The translations under genes and the position numbers were made by a program. Shown in pieces: positions 53,604 to 64,000 of a stretch of DNA of 64,000 bases. Within the stretch, counting starts at the first letter, position 1, and each line of letters opens with the position of its first letter. The DNA comes from Paragordius varius (taxonomy: Eukaryota; Animalia; Nematomorpha): NCBI GenBank assembly GCA_964247055.1, contig OZ176057.1, positions 2,542,001-2,606,000 on the forward strand, written 5' to 3'. The notes under the pieces are model-generated. The model did not search any database and was not told the DNA's origin. It worked only from the letters and a program-made list of their open reading frames with translations.

Positions 53604-56600
53604 AGAGCCAAAGCTAAAAGCGTTATAATAATACTAGTGCATTTTCCTATCAGAATATATTAATATATATATCTATATATATATATATATATAAGCTTAT
53701 TTCTTTTGTGGACACTGTGTATAGGGAAATGTATGAGGATTACAATGGTGCTATTGTTTCTGGCCCGATTAGAAATTTATTTATTTTAGTAGTAACTGCT
53801 TTAAAATGCCAAATTTTGTGTCCATTTTGCTAAAAAACAATTGGTGAAAGCTAAATGCTCCTAAAAAAGCACTAAAGTATATGACCTAAAATATTTTTAT
53901 AAATTTCAATGTTTTGCCCTTTATGGGCTCGTTCTCTGAAAGTAAACGCGAAAATTCCGAGATTGCATTATTATAGTTAAATCAATTTTGACAAATATCC
54001 AAAAATATGGATATTTCAAAATTTAAATTAAAAAATCTTGTTGAGCATGATGAAAACGGTCGCTTTAAGATGTTAAAAAATTCTATAATATTTTATGATG
54101 CTTAACATTTCAACCACCTCGAGATTTTTATTTGAAGGTTTGTTTGCTTTGAAATTTGGTTTAGTTATTACAATTTATATTTAGCATAAATTTTAACACG
54201 AAATTCTTATCAAAATATTGAGAGGATAGAAGTGTTAAGGGTCATTCTATTTTATAGAAAACAACCAATTTTTCTACCATTCGAGTGCTTTCCATCTGAT
54301 ATTTATTATTATTTTAACAGTAAATCTGAAATTAAAATTATAATTCCACATAACAATTTTGTATAATTTGATATTTTACTAAAAAAAGGGGTTTTTTTGA
54401 AAATATACAATAAATTCCAATTTGTAATATATCGTTGAAAGAGTAAAAACTCTATAAAATGCATACTGATATGTTTTACATCGATAGTTATTATTGGACA
54501 TAGGAACCAACAAACGCGCGTGCGCCCTATTCTTAATTAATAAATTTTTAAAATGGAAGAAAATAGCATAAACTTTGTCTAGATGGCAAAGAAGTCCAAA
54601 AAAATAACACAAAAAGTATTTTATTTAAACATATTTATTGCTTTAACGTCACTCAAAACAGCTTTTTTTTAGCGTTTTGTCTTTAAAAATGCCATCTCAA
54701 TAATAATTCTTTTTCTTTCAGAGGCTTTTAATTTCAAAATTTAAAGACTAGAAACAAAGATTATGGTATTTTTGATCTTTTTAATTCGGTAAAATAATTT
54801 TGATAATGATAATTTTTATTTAAAAAGCAAACCAAAAACTTTTTAAAAGATATTTTTAAATTGTTTACTATACTAACCCTAATAATCATATATAATTATT
54901 TATATGATTTTAATATTAGTTTGTCCGTGTAAATTTTTGACTTTTTAAGGGTTATATTAACCCAAATAACTTGTACAGATTGATTTAACTTACCAACTAC
55001 GATTCGAAAGATACAGTATTTCGCGCTCTTTCAAATATAAAATACATGACTCTATCTAAATCTTTTAATTTTGAAATTTCGAGTTTAATGTAATATCGGG
55101 GCCAAATTATCGATAATACTTAATAAAAAATAATTTGGTGTTAGACCAATTTATTTTTCAGATACTATTTATGTGCTTTAATGAAATAAATTTTGATTTT
55201 ACAAGAATGGTTAAAAAATTCAAAATTTGTTGTCTAGTGTAAGTGTCATATCTTAAACGCTTATATACCGTTTCCATCATCATTCATAGCATTGTACGCT
55301 TTAATAAAATTTGATATAAATTATTTTTTTAAAAAATATTCATCTTTTCAACTTTTTTGTGTTATCATATTCATAAAAATTTTATAGCGCAATCTCGGTA
55401 TATTTGCGTTTATTTTAAAAGAACTGGTCCTTTTTAGAAAAAAATGGGAATTTCAGAGCCCGCACTAAAAATAAAAATTTATAAAAATATGTTTTGCATT
55501 TTATATGTAATATTTTTTGGGATGAAGCATTTTTTTAACAAAATGTGCCAAAATTTTGCCATTTTCTGATATGTAGTATATACAACTTTTTTCCCCGTAA
55601 GGACCAAGACCAAAAGGACCATGATAATCTTGATACATTTATCTATCACAAACATATCGATTTAAAATGAGTTAACTTCAGGCCAATTTCAAATATATAT
55701 TTATTCAAAAGCTCTTAAAGCGGATGGTTTTAATTTAATTTTTCTACCTTAATACTCCATTACCTTTTGGGGTAGTTTTGTATTTCATCATTTTTATACT
55801 TCAATGAGTATGTTAAACATAAATGAATATTTAATCATAGTTGGAACAAAAATAATATTTAATTACTATTTTTTAATATGTTTCTCTAAGTTATCCCAAG
55901 ATGTATCCATCATGTAAATTTCAAAATGTAATAAAGGGTTCTAACACGCTTTCAAATAACCTCAAAATAAATTTACCATATTTTTCATTTTAAATCAACC
56001 ACATATAAATTTGGAGACCCTGAGCAAATTTTATTTTTTGAAATTTACAAAATTGTGTTAAATCTTTAATTATTAGAATAAATAGGTATTGATCATCATT
56101 ATTAGCGAATAGCAACATAGTATAAAGATGCAAAACAAGGGAAATAATTATTAAGTATCAAAAAAAATTAATTATATGTGGTATAAAGTTCAAGTTTTCA
56201 AAAATGTTACAAGATGTTAGTTGAGTACGATCTTTTAATTGATTTTCACACATCAAAAAATAATTTTTTTCGTCGAAGTAAAGTTTATTGACAATAAATA
56301 ACTGCTACATTTTATCAGTTTAGTTCATCTAAAATTTGAAAATCATGAATTATTTTTCTTTTTAATGATTTTTTTTAGGAATTCAATAAAGTTCAATATA
56401 AAATCAAAATGTTTAACAGTTATTCAGCAAAAACTTACATATAAGGTTATTCACCTTTTAACTAATTAGTTAATAAAAATTAATAATTTATTATTTTTTT
56501 CATCAAATTATCTAAAAAATTATTTTTAATTGTTTTGCGCGCGCCATATTTTTATAATTTATATAAATATATATTTTAAATGGGTCAAATTTGGAAAAAT

Positions 56601-58793
56601 ATGAAAATTTATTAATGTTCAATTTTAAAAAAATAAAATTAATTTAAAAGTTAAGTTAATTATCCGTGTAAGGATTAAACAATATTTAAGGAGATATAAA
56701 AAATGAATCATGCAGAGTTAGGAACTCTCAAATACATTGCAAATTTATTTTATTAAAGTAAATTTTTTTATTAACAATTAAAAATTTAGCACAAAATACC
56801 GCATTTTCAAATAGTGTGTTCAATTAATATTTTTGAAATATAATTGGTGTAACCTTATCGATCAAATTTTTAGCATTACAAACTAGATCATTTTGGGAGT
56901 ACTTTTTTTGTAATTGGAAAATTTTTCTAAAATATATATACATATATATATTTTAATTAAATATATACGTAATATTATTGCTAATATTATTATTGATTTT
57001 TTTTATCAAATATTGAGATTGAAAATAAATTTTTATAAACTTTTTTTTTGATTTTAGTACACTCGTTCATTATACTTGAAGATGATTTACAATAACATGA
57101 AAAAATCTAACAAATTATGTTTTAAAATAATTTATTTATAAACAAACACACTAAGGTCAGATCTTATATATTTATGTGAAAATATGATGTTTATTTATAT
57201 TTTTATTCAAAAATATATATATATTAATTGTAAAAATCCTTCAAAATCCCATATAAAAATATTCTTTTAATATATATTTTAAATTTTATTTTTATTACGA
57301 GGAGCGATATAAAAGATAAAATCTCTCCGTTAAATGTTGCGCTATACTCTTCAATTTTATCATATTTAAATTTAACCTTTAAAAACATTAAACCTCTATT
57401 AATACGATATATTATTATATGAAAAAATCTAAATATTTATATTTTATTAAAATAATTATACCAATTAAGGCTCATTATCTATATATTTATCTATATATAA
57501 AATATCTCAAACAGGTGGGTCAAGGTAAAGAGAAAAGGCAAAAATAGGTCTTATATTTTAGAAAAAAATCAATATAGATAGAAACAAATATAAAAGTATT
57601 TATATTCAAAAAATACGTTAAAATATATATATTTTATGATTTTCTTAATTTTAGATTTTGAAGAAAACAGTTTAGTTATGTGTGTTGTCATGCCAACCAA
57701 ACACTTTATATTCGCCAAGATTTTTTAATTTTGCGGTTAGGTCCAAAGAAACCTTTATATCAAGATAGCAAATTTATTTTAATATGACATTATAGATATA
57801 ATATATAAAATTATAGTAGGCTAAATTTTCGCATTTATAGTTACAAATGAAAATGTACAAAACATATAATTGAATTTTATGAAAACACAATACAATATAG
57901 CACAAATGTAATAAACAGTAAGATAATAATTAAATGATTAGGTATTAAGATGTGATTTTTTGGTGAATTTCGGCCATATTCCGAAACTAATAAGGTTTAA
58001 ATAATAAAATTGCGTCTTTTAATAAGGCAAACGTAGAAAAAGCTCATGATTTTTTTTTGAAAAAGCTTCTATAAATAATATGTCAAAAAAAGTGCAATAT
58101 CCAAATAAAAGGCAGTTTTTTATGCGAAAATATCTAAATATATATGATAGATGTGCATATATACTATACAGGAAATGCTTTAAAGTACAATAGACTGATA
58201 AAAAAGATAGATAAAAACAGTTAAAGCTGTAAAATGAGACGATAAGCTTAATTTTAATAATAACAAATATTGCTTAATCCCTTGTGAAGGTTAATTATTA
58301 TGATTATCGCTTTTATTATAAAACAGAATTTTTGTGCATTAATAAAATTATTTCGTCAACTATTTTGATATCATCATAGGTGAAATTATAATTATGTGTA
58401 ATTGTTACAAAGCCTTTTAATCTGTTTGGAAAAATGTATATATAAAGTTAGCGCATAAATAATTAGATTATATCATATGTCAGAGCTGACTTATTTACAA
58501 AATAAAGTATATATGATATAATAGATAGATAATTTTGTTAAAATGGTGATGGTAAGATTAAATGTAGAAAAGTATTGTATGTATTCAATGCCATATATTC
58601 TTAAATTTTTTAATATTATATGTCTATCCATTGGTGTGTGTATGGTTTTAATTATTATGAGATTTGCAATTAAGGTATAACAGGAATCTATCTTGAACTC
58701 AATATATTCTGCCAAATTAATTTAGGATCACAAACCAAAAATCATGAGCGACTTACAAATCACGACCCGAGCCCCCGTCAAAGAAGTTGTTAA

Positions 58794-61700
58794 CTAAACT
58801 ATTTCAATATCTCGGACGCTATGAAGCTTTGCCCGTTCAGCCTCTAATGCGAGCTCCATAAACTTATCAGCGGATGGAGTATGTGCATGCCTGAAGGCCG
58901 ATGCTGAGTAGGGCAAAGCTTGATAACCCCCTTCATTGCGATTAGGTGTAGTGGCGTTTGTATCATAATTTTTATTGTTTGTTCGATTTACATAATTTGG
59001 TGTTAAAAATTTCTTTATGTGTTGACTCTCATTAACATATGTAAAGGGAGCTAAACTATTTAAATTGTGATTCAAAGTGCGCTTTTGGTTGTAAGATGAT
59101 GGATTGTCTTTTCGATAAAGATTGGTATTACTATTATCATTATTATTGTAATCTATGCCGGTGTTACGTAAAGCTAAAACACCAATACCTGCGCCAGATT
59201 GGGGTCGAGGAGCACGAGACAAGAGGCAAACATTAGATTTAGGATCCAAATTGTTGTCAGCATGCATATTAGCAAATAACCTTCGCTTGTGAGGCTTTAT
59301 ATTTTTTCGATCGGACCTAGATGTATGAGATATATCAGTATTGGTGTGGTAACCCAAAATTTCTGGTAAATTTGTTTGACGGTTTAAATCTAAGCATTGC
59401 TTCTGATACTGTTGTACGTTGTATGTTCGTTTTGAAGCAAGTGGGTTATAATCAAGTGGTTTAGTGTACGAAGCGTCATCTTTTTTAACATCAATAGTGT
59501 TAATTAAGGAATCGGATGAAATGTAGGGAGGACCTCTTTTAACCATGTATTGAGAAAGGCACCATGCAAACAGAATCAATCCTTTGATATTGAGGAAAAC
59601 TAAGAATAACATCCAAAACACACTACATGATTGTTTGATTGGAGATTTAGCAATAAAATTTAATTCACCATCACCGTTTGCCATAAATAGAATGTATTGC
59701 AAAAAGGTAAGTAGGATCACCACGATCGCTAGCACAAAATCATGATTAGATTGAGTTATCATAGCTCTATTATTTGTTCTTAAGTGCTGCCCGTTTATAC
59801 TAAACCATTCACATAGGTGTTTTTTAAAGCCAGCAAAGATATGCCTAGTAGAATGCGAAGTTGACGAAGATAATGGTCGATTATCACGATTCGTTGTTAG
59901 AAGTTCGGTTGATTTATCGTTTTGATTAGGTTCGCCTGAACTGGTTGCACTAGTATACTGTTCGCTATTATTGCTATTGCTTGAAATATTGTCATCTGCT
60001 TCTGCGACCAATAAAGTTTTTGCCTTTGAAACTTTTCCTTGATCCTTTCCCTTTTCTACAGAATTGCGATCATAACTGTTTAAAGTATCATCCACAGTAG
60101 TATTGTTCTGATAGGATCCAGTAGATGAGGAGACACTCCTGCTATCTTTTTCGTTATTTGAGCTCGTGTAGGCCCCATTTTTGGATGTAATGTTAGGCGT
60201 ATTTGAAAACGTTTGTTTATGTAACTGACGGTTAATTCGATGTGACAAACTTACAAGTAGGATAGCCAATAGAGTGGAACATATAATCACCGGTAAAAGG
60301 TATGGAATAATGAAAAGGGAATTAAGAGGTGGTAAACAATAACATTGATCCATACATAAAGAATTAGCAGGATTATTATCCAAGTAATTATTAATGTTAT
60401 ATTGTGAATCTAAACCACGACGTTTAAGAGATGGATTAAAGGTATCATTCCAAAGACCGCTATTTTCTGGTGCAGTAAATAGGTATGAAGTTAGATTACT
60501 AGATGTGTTATTAGCATCATAATGATGATAATTGGATATCATGTAGAAAAGGGTTGTAACAAACAGTGCCAAAATCCATACACACAATTGCAAACTTAAG
60601 CACCGGATCCAGGGCTTATGGGCTATTAGAGCTGAATTCCACACATTGTAAGTTTTATGAGTCGTACCAAAGGCATTATCAAATCCATACAAATCATCCT
60701 CATCATCATCGTTGGCGCATTTTACTTTTTGATCATTGGTTAAAACATTCCTTTTTGAAGTGACAATATGATTATTATTGTTATTATTAAAGTTATTTCC
60801 GACATAGAGTTGATTTATGTAAGTTAACATTTTTTCTTGTTCTCCAGCTGTGTCATCGTTCCTACCCGGTGGTAAAAGATGTGGAATGTTATTTGACGAC
60901 TTCCCATGCAATTTTTGAGGTATCACCGGTTTCCCGTAATATTTATTATAATTTATAGCGGTACTAACATTCACACCATTGTCATCATGTTGTGAAAATT
61001 TGAAGCGTCGATAAGCCAAATAAAAGTGGTTAAGTCCATAAGCTATGAGCCAAAATGCTTGACTAAATAGCAAATATATTATTAGGGGTTGTAAGAGGTA
61101 CAAGGAGAATCGAGACATTAAAAGTTTGATGTATCGACTATAGTGGTAACCTGTTTTCACCATGGTAATTTCATCACCACAAGAAGGAAATAATGAGGCC
61201 GTGTATAAGTCGTTATCGAAAATAGTGATATTCATTCTATCACTAATATCTTGTGGCAGAGAACGTTTCCTAAGAGACGGGTAATTCAAGTCGAGCTCAT
61301 TTGTTTGAAATATAAATTCGGGATCATTATTTTGGACTGCCGTCACTAAAGTATCATTATTAGTGTATTCATCAATAAATGTATGAGGTGGAAACTTAAT
61401 GTAATCGGTTGTTCCATTAAAATTAGACTTTTGGCCCGAATTGGGATAATTGGACGGGCTAATATACCGTTCGCTCCCATAAAAATATAGCATAGCTATA
61501 AGCATAAGTCCGGCACACAACAAATTTTCCAGTGTATGTACCCAAAGGAGAACGGTATTCGTGTTTAGTGATGGTTTTATTATATTTCTTTCGTGGTTAT
61601 GAGATTTTTTATCTATCGTGTAAGTATGGTTCCCATCTTGATTAGGTTTATTCTTATTTGCAAAGCGATTATTCCTGTATTTCGACATTGACAACACGCG

Positions 61701-64000
61701 ACGTAATGTATATAAAATAAGTGTAATTGCAAACAAACAACAGGCCAGAATCAAGGCTAAATAGGTTATAGTGCGTTTGCGTCGGCAAATAAAATGTTTT
61801 TCAGCCGTAAGCTTTGCATTATGGCGTTGGAAATGTGATTGGCTCTCAGGATCTTGGGCATATTTTAAAAGCGTTTCTTTGCAAACATAGACGGTATCTA
61901 TATCCGGATTGAGTGTGTTACTGCTGTTTAGGATTCGGCGTTTAGTTCGACCGTGTGCAGACGATTTTTTCATCTTGGCAATATCTTGTGCACTAAGTGA
62001 CAGAAATGAAAGTAATACTTTGTTATTGTGTTCAGACATGTCAAATTGTGGATCAGGAGTTACGGTATTTATTGGGTTTGAAGCTGCAATGTTGCGAGAT
62101 GATGGATCAAAGTTGTAAAAGTAGTAATCACTTGCATTTAAACGTATTATGGATTGTCTAGTGTGATAAAAGATTTGTTGGGTTTGTATAAGATCCATTG
62201 AAAGAGAGATTTGAGGGTATTCTACAAATAGATCGGAATCATAAATTTGTTTAACACTATCTCTGTCAGATCTTAACATACTATCTCCATGTACAATGCT
62301 GTAACTGCCTGGCTCCCATACCGTAAATGGTAATTTCAAAAATGGTTCCTGTGATAATTGCTCACTGTTTACTAAAGATTTCGTACTATGCTTGGTATTT
62401 TGCGTAGATCCCAAAACCTTTTGCAATTGATCACTTTGCATGCATGGTATGTTTTGTCCAAACACATTTTTTATGTTTGGTAAAATGAGTTTGGCATCTA
62501 ACAAAACTTTAGTTTTCTTAACAGTCGTTTTTGCCTGCTCTTTTGGTGTATACAAGAGTATATCGTCTGCTGTAACTTGAATATTTTTATCTTTAATATT
62601 TTGCAAAATCGTATTTCGATCCAATTCAACACAATGTACTGGGGTACCATCATTATGGTTTAATAATATTTTAGGGTCTGTTTTATAACCCCAACCCAAC
62701 GGACAAATGTTTAACGGTTTACAAAGTTTGGTAAATGGGTCATATATAGTTCCTGGCCACTCAGAACAGTGCTGCTTTTTTTGGTTTTCGTTTAGCGATG
62801 ATCTGCTTGTAAAAGGACCGAAATTGAGTTTCATAAATCTCTTGGGTTCAAACGCATATGTAAAACGAGCGAATCGGGCATCATTACTGTATTTATATCG
62901 TTTGTTATCAATTGGTGAAGGCGATGAAAATATATCATAGCAACTAAGTTCATCGGTAACAAAATTTGCATATATATCGTTTGCTTTTGCATTGCTAGAG
63001 GTCATAGAGAAAAGTTTATTATCACGATCGGTCTGATTTTTGATTATTTGCATAGTTATATAAGCTTCCAAAGCCGTACCATTATTACAAAGAGCACAGT
63101 GGGCATTTCGATACACTTTACCCTTGGCTGACCATATGCGACCGGTATAAGCCAGGCATAACTGATTAACATCAGCCAGCATGTTATCTACATATTGTTG
63201 GTTCATATTGTTTTGAATCAAATTTTCACGGGAAATTTGAACCACAGACGCTGAACAGGAGTAAATAACTGAAGGAACACATTTCCTTATTCCAATTATT
63301 GTCCTTTTCTCATTTTGATTTGAGGGAAAATTTGAGTCCGCAAGGTAATTTTGTCGCCGATCTCTTGTCGATGTTACAAGTTTCATTGCAGGATGCTCAA
63401 ACCTCCACCAGCAGGTGTTACCACCTTGTTTACCTTGAAGATTTTGAGTTGGGTAGATTTTATTACCACTTTTGGATGATAAGGCTTCCACCAAGGTTCT
63501 ATTAACTTTCCATACCAAATATTTTCCATAGCGATCATATGACAGTTGGGAGGTGTTAGGATTTAAGTATTTAGACAAAAAATTATTATCATTAATTTTA
63601 TCGTGTGAAGACTCAGTGTCGAAATCACAGCTGATTGTGGACGACCAGGGAATTAGATTATCTAGATGTATAGCCAATTCTTCATTCGAATATAATTCCG
63701 GTACATTACAAAGACTACAATATACGTTTCGATACGTGATATTTGTGTTTGCATCAGTGTATGGTATGAACGTAAACGCCTCAGCTAAAACTTGCTCTTC
63801 GTCTTCACATTTGGCTCGTAGCAAATTTAGAAGATGAAAAGGCATGTGTCTTAGGGTAGTTGCTATGGTAACAGGGGAACATCTATCAATCATATACACG
63901 TCATAGAGACCGGTAACGTGGCGACAATTAAAATCTTTTGCTTGTTTTATTGACGCCTCAGTGGATACCGATGTTTTATCATTATGAGGACTGGGAACTG
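58794..64000 (-). CDS. Large class B2 / Methuselah-like 7TM GPCR, one very long exon, 5' end beyond the window
   Basis: The frame stays open from the window edge to the stop at 58794 (>1700 aa). The ectodomain has two YRNxxCxLCN motifs. Seven hydrophobic segments from ITYLALILACCLFAITLILY to FWMLFLVFLNIKGLILFAWCL (cf. LNSLQGxFIF). TM3 FSQAFWL; C-x-C before TM5. Confidence 0.78.
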   Translation of the reverse strand, partial: VPSPHNDKTSVSTEASIKQAKDFNCRHVTGLYDVYMIDRCSPVTIATTLRHMPFHLLNLLRAKCEDEEQVLAEAFTFIPYTDANTNITYRNVYCSLCNVPELYSNEELAIHLDNLIPWSSTISCDFDTESSHDKINDNNFLSKYLNPNTSQLSYDRYGKYLVWKVNRTLVEALSSKSGNKIYPTQNLQGKQGGNTCWWRFEHPAMKLVTSTRDRRQNYLADSNFPSNQNEKRTIIGIRKCVPSVIYSCSASVVQISRENLIQNNMNQQYVDNMLADVNQLCLAYTGRIWSAKGKVYRNAHCALCNNGTALEAYITMQIIKNQTDRDNKLFSMTSSNAKANDIYANFVTDELSCYDIFSSPSPIDNKRYKYSNDARFARFTYAFEPKRFMKLNFGPFTSRSSLNENQKKQHCSEWPGTIYDPFTKLCKPLNICPLGWGYKTDPKILLNHNDGTPVHCVELDRNTILQNIKDKNIQVTADDILLYTPKEQAKTTVKKTKVLLDAKLILPNIKNVFGQNIPCMQSDQLQKVLGSTQNTKHSTKSLVNSEQLSQEPFLKLPFTVWEPGSYSIVHGDSMLRSDRDSVKQIYDSDLFVEYPQISLSMDLIQTQQIFYHTRQSIIRLNASDYYFYNFDPSSRNIAASNPINTVTPDPQFDMSEHNNKVLLSFLSLSAQDIAKMKKSSAHGRTKRRILNSSNTLNPDIDTVYVCKETLLKYAQDPESQSHFQRHNAKLTAEKHFICRRKRTITYLALILACCLFAITLILYTLRRVLSMSKYRNNRFANKNKPNQDGNHTYTIDKKSHNHERNIIKPSLNTNTVLLWVHTLENLLCAGLMLIAMLYFYGSERYISPSNYPNSGQKSNFNGTTDYIKFPPHTFIDEYTNNDTLVTAVQNNDPEFIFQTNELDLNYPSLRKRSLPQDISDRMNITIFDNDLYTASLFPSCGDEITMVKTGYHYSRYIKLLMSRFSLYLLQPLIIYLLFSQAFWLIAYGLNHFYLAYRRFKFSQHDDNGVNVSTAINYNKYYGKPVIPQKLHGKSSNNIPHLLPPGRNDDTAGEQEKMLTYINQLYVGNNFNNNNNNHIVTSKRNVLTNDQKVKCANDDDEDDLYGFDNAFGTTHKTYNVWNSALIAHKPWIRCLSLQLCVWILALFVTTLFYMISNYHHYDANNTSSNLTSYLFTAPENSGLWNDTFNPSLKRRGLDSQYNINNYLDNNPANSLCMDQCYCLPPLNSLFIIPYLLPVIICSTLLAILLVSLSHRINRQLHKQTFSNTPNITSKNGAYTSSNNEKDSRSVSSSTGSYQNNTTVDDTLNSYDRNSVEKGKDQGKVSKAKTLLVAEADDNISSNSNNSEQYTSATSSGEPNQNDKSTELLTTNRDNRPLSSSTSHSTRHIFAGFKKHLCEWFSINGQHLRTNNRAMITQSNHDFVLAIVVILLTFLQYILFMANGDGELNFIAKSPIKQSCSVFWMLFLVFLNIKGLILFAWCLSQYMVKRGPPYISSDSLINTIDVKKDDASYTKPLDYNPLASKRTYNVQQYQKQCLDLNRQTNLPEILGYHTNTDISHTSRSDRKNIKPHKRRLFANMHADNNLDPKSNVCLLSRAPRPQSGAGIGVLALRNTGIDYNNNDNSNTNLYRKDNPSSYNQKRTLNHNLNSLAPFTYVNESQHIKKFLTPNYVNRTNNKNYDTNATTPNRNEGGYQALPYSASAFRHAHTPSADKFMELALEAERAKLHSVRDIEIV

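Larger units (their letters stand above)
51050..55625. repeat. Old dispersed repeat family D: copies at ~51050-51420 and, inverted, ~55330-55625; related pieces at ~9930-10200, ~19580-19700 and ~53750-54000
   Basis: TGGTTTTGGCCCTTACG at ~51075 is the near reverse complement of CGTAAGGACCAAGACCA at ~55597. Shared GGGCTC and CGAGATT blocks. Confidence 0.55.

Noticed and set aside
3172-63837. Numerous 60-120 aa ORFs antisense to or inside real exons and repeats (e.g. 3172, 3903, 5035, 21289, 52667, 53111, 60566-63837 on +)
   Set aside because: They are shadow frames or AT-rich chance ORFs with F/I/K/L/N/Y-biased composition.
1-64000. tRNA, rRNA or prokaryotic/organellar origin
   Set aside because: I saw no cloverleaf or rRNA signature. 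Spliceosomal introns and Nup50 show the DNA is nuclear and eukaryotic.

Overview
Very AT-rich eukaryotic (invertebrate animal-type) genomic DNA. Most genes lie on the minus strand and are split by GT-AG introns, so the ORF track shows only fragments; I rebuilt exon chains by hand using splice sites and reading-frame phase. Genes supported: (1) secreted protein with a DUF3011-like Cys domain and a very long low-complexity tail (7265->~3119/2325, -); (2) intronless SLIMP-like degenerate mitochondrial seryl-tRNA synthetase paralogue (12050-13708, +); (3) Nup50 (15307->13803, -); (4) LDLa/Ig-like single-pass receptor (>=25318->21275, -); (5) OXA1L (38862->29663, -, 9 exons); (6) Ig-domain single-pass protein (46345->44148, -); (7) ISCA2 (50675->50235, -); (8) a large class B/Methuselah-like 7TM receptor running off the right edge (64000->58794, -). 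The most striking observation is five ultra-short introns (20, 23, 26, 28 and 34 nt). Three are needed to restore conserved Nup50 and ISCA2 sequence, and two give OXA1L a start codon and presequence. They coexist with 0.4-2.4 kb introns in the same window (in OXA1L, within the same gene), and those long introns are largely filled by MITEs. Non-coding DNA holds at least four MITE families, a 2.85 kb Chapaev-like DNA transposon with long TIRs and a TAA TSD, young and old RTE-type LINE copies, and Penelope-like remnants. Family assignments come from remembered motifs, not database searches.
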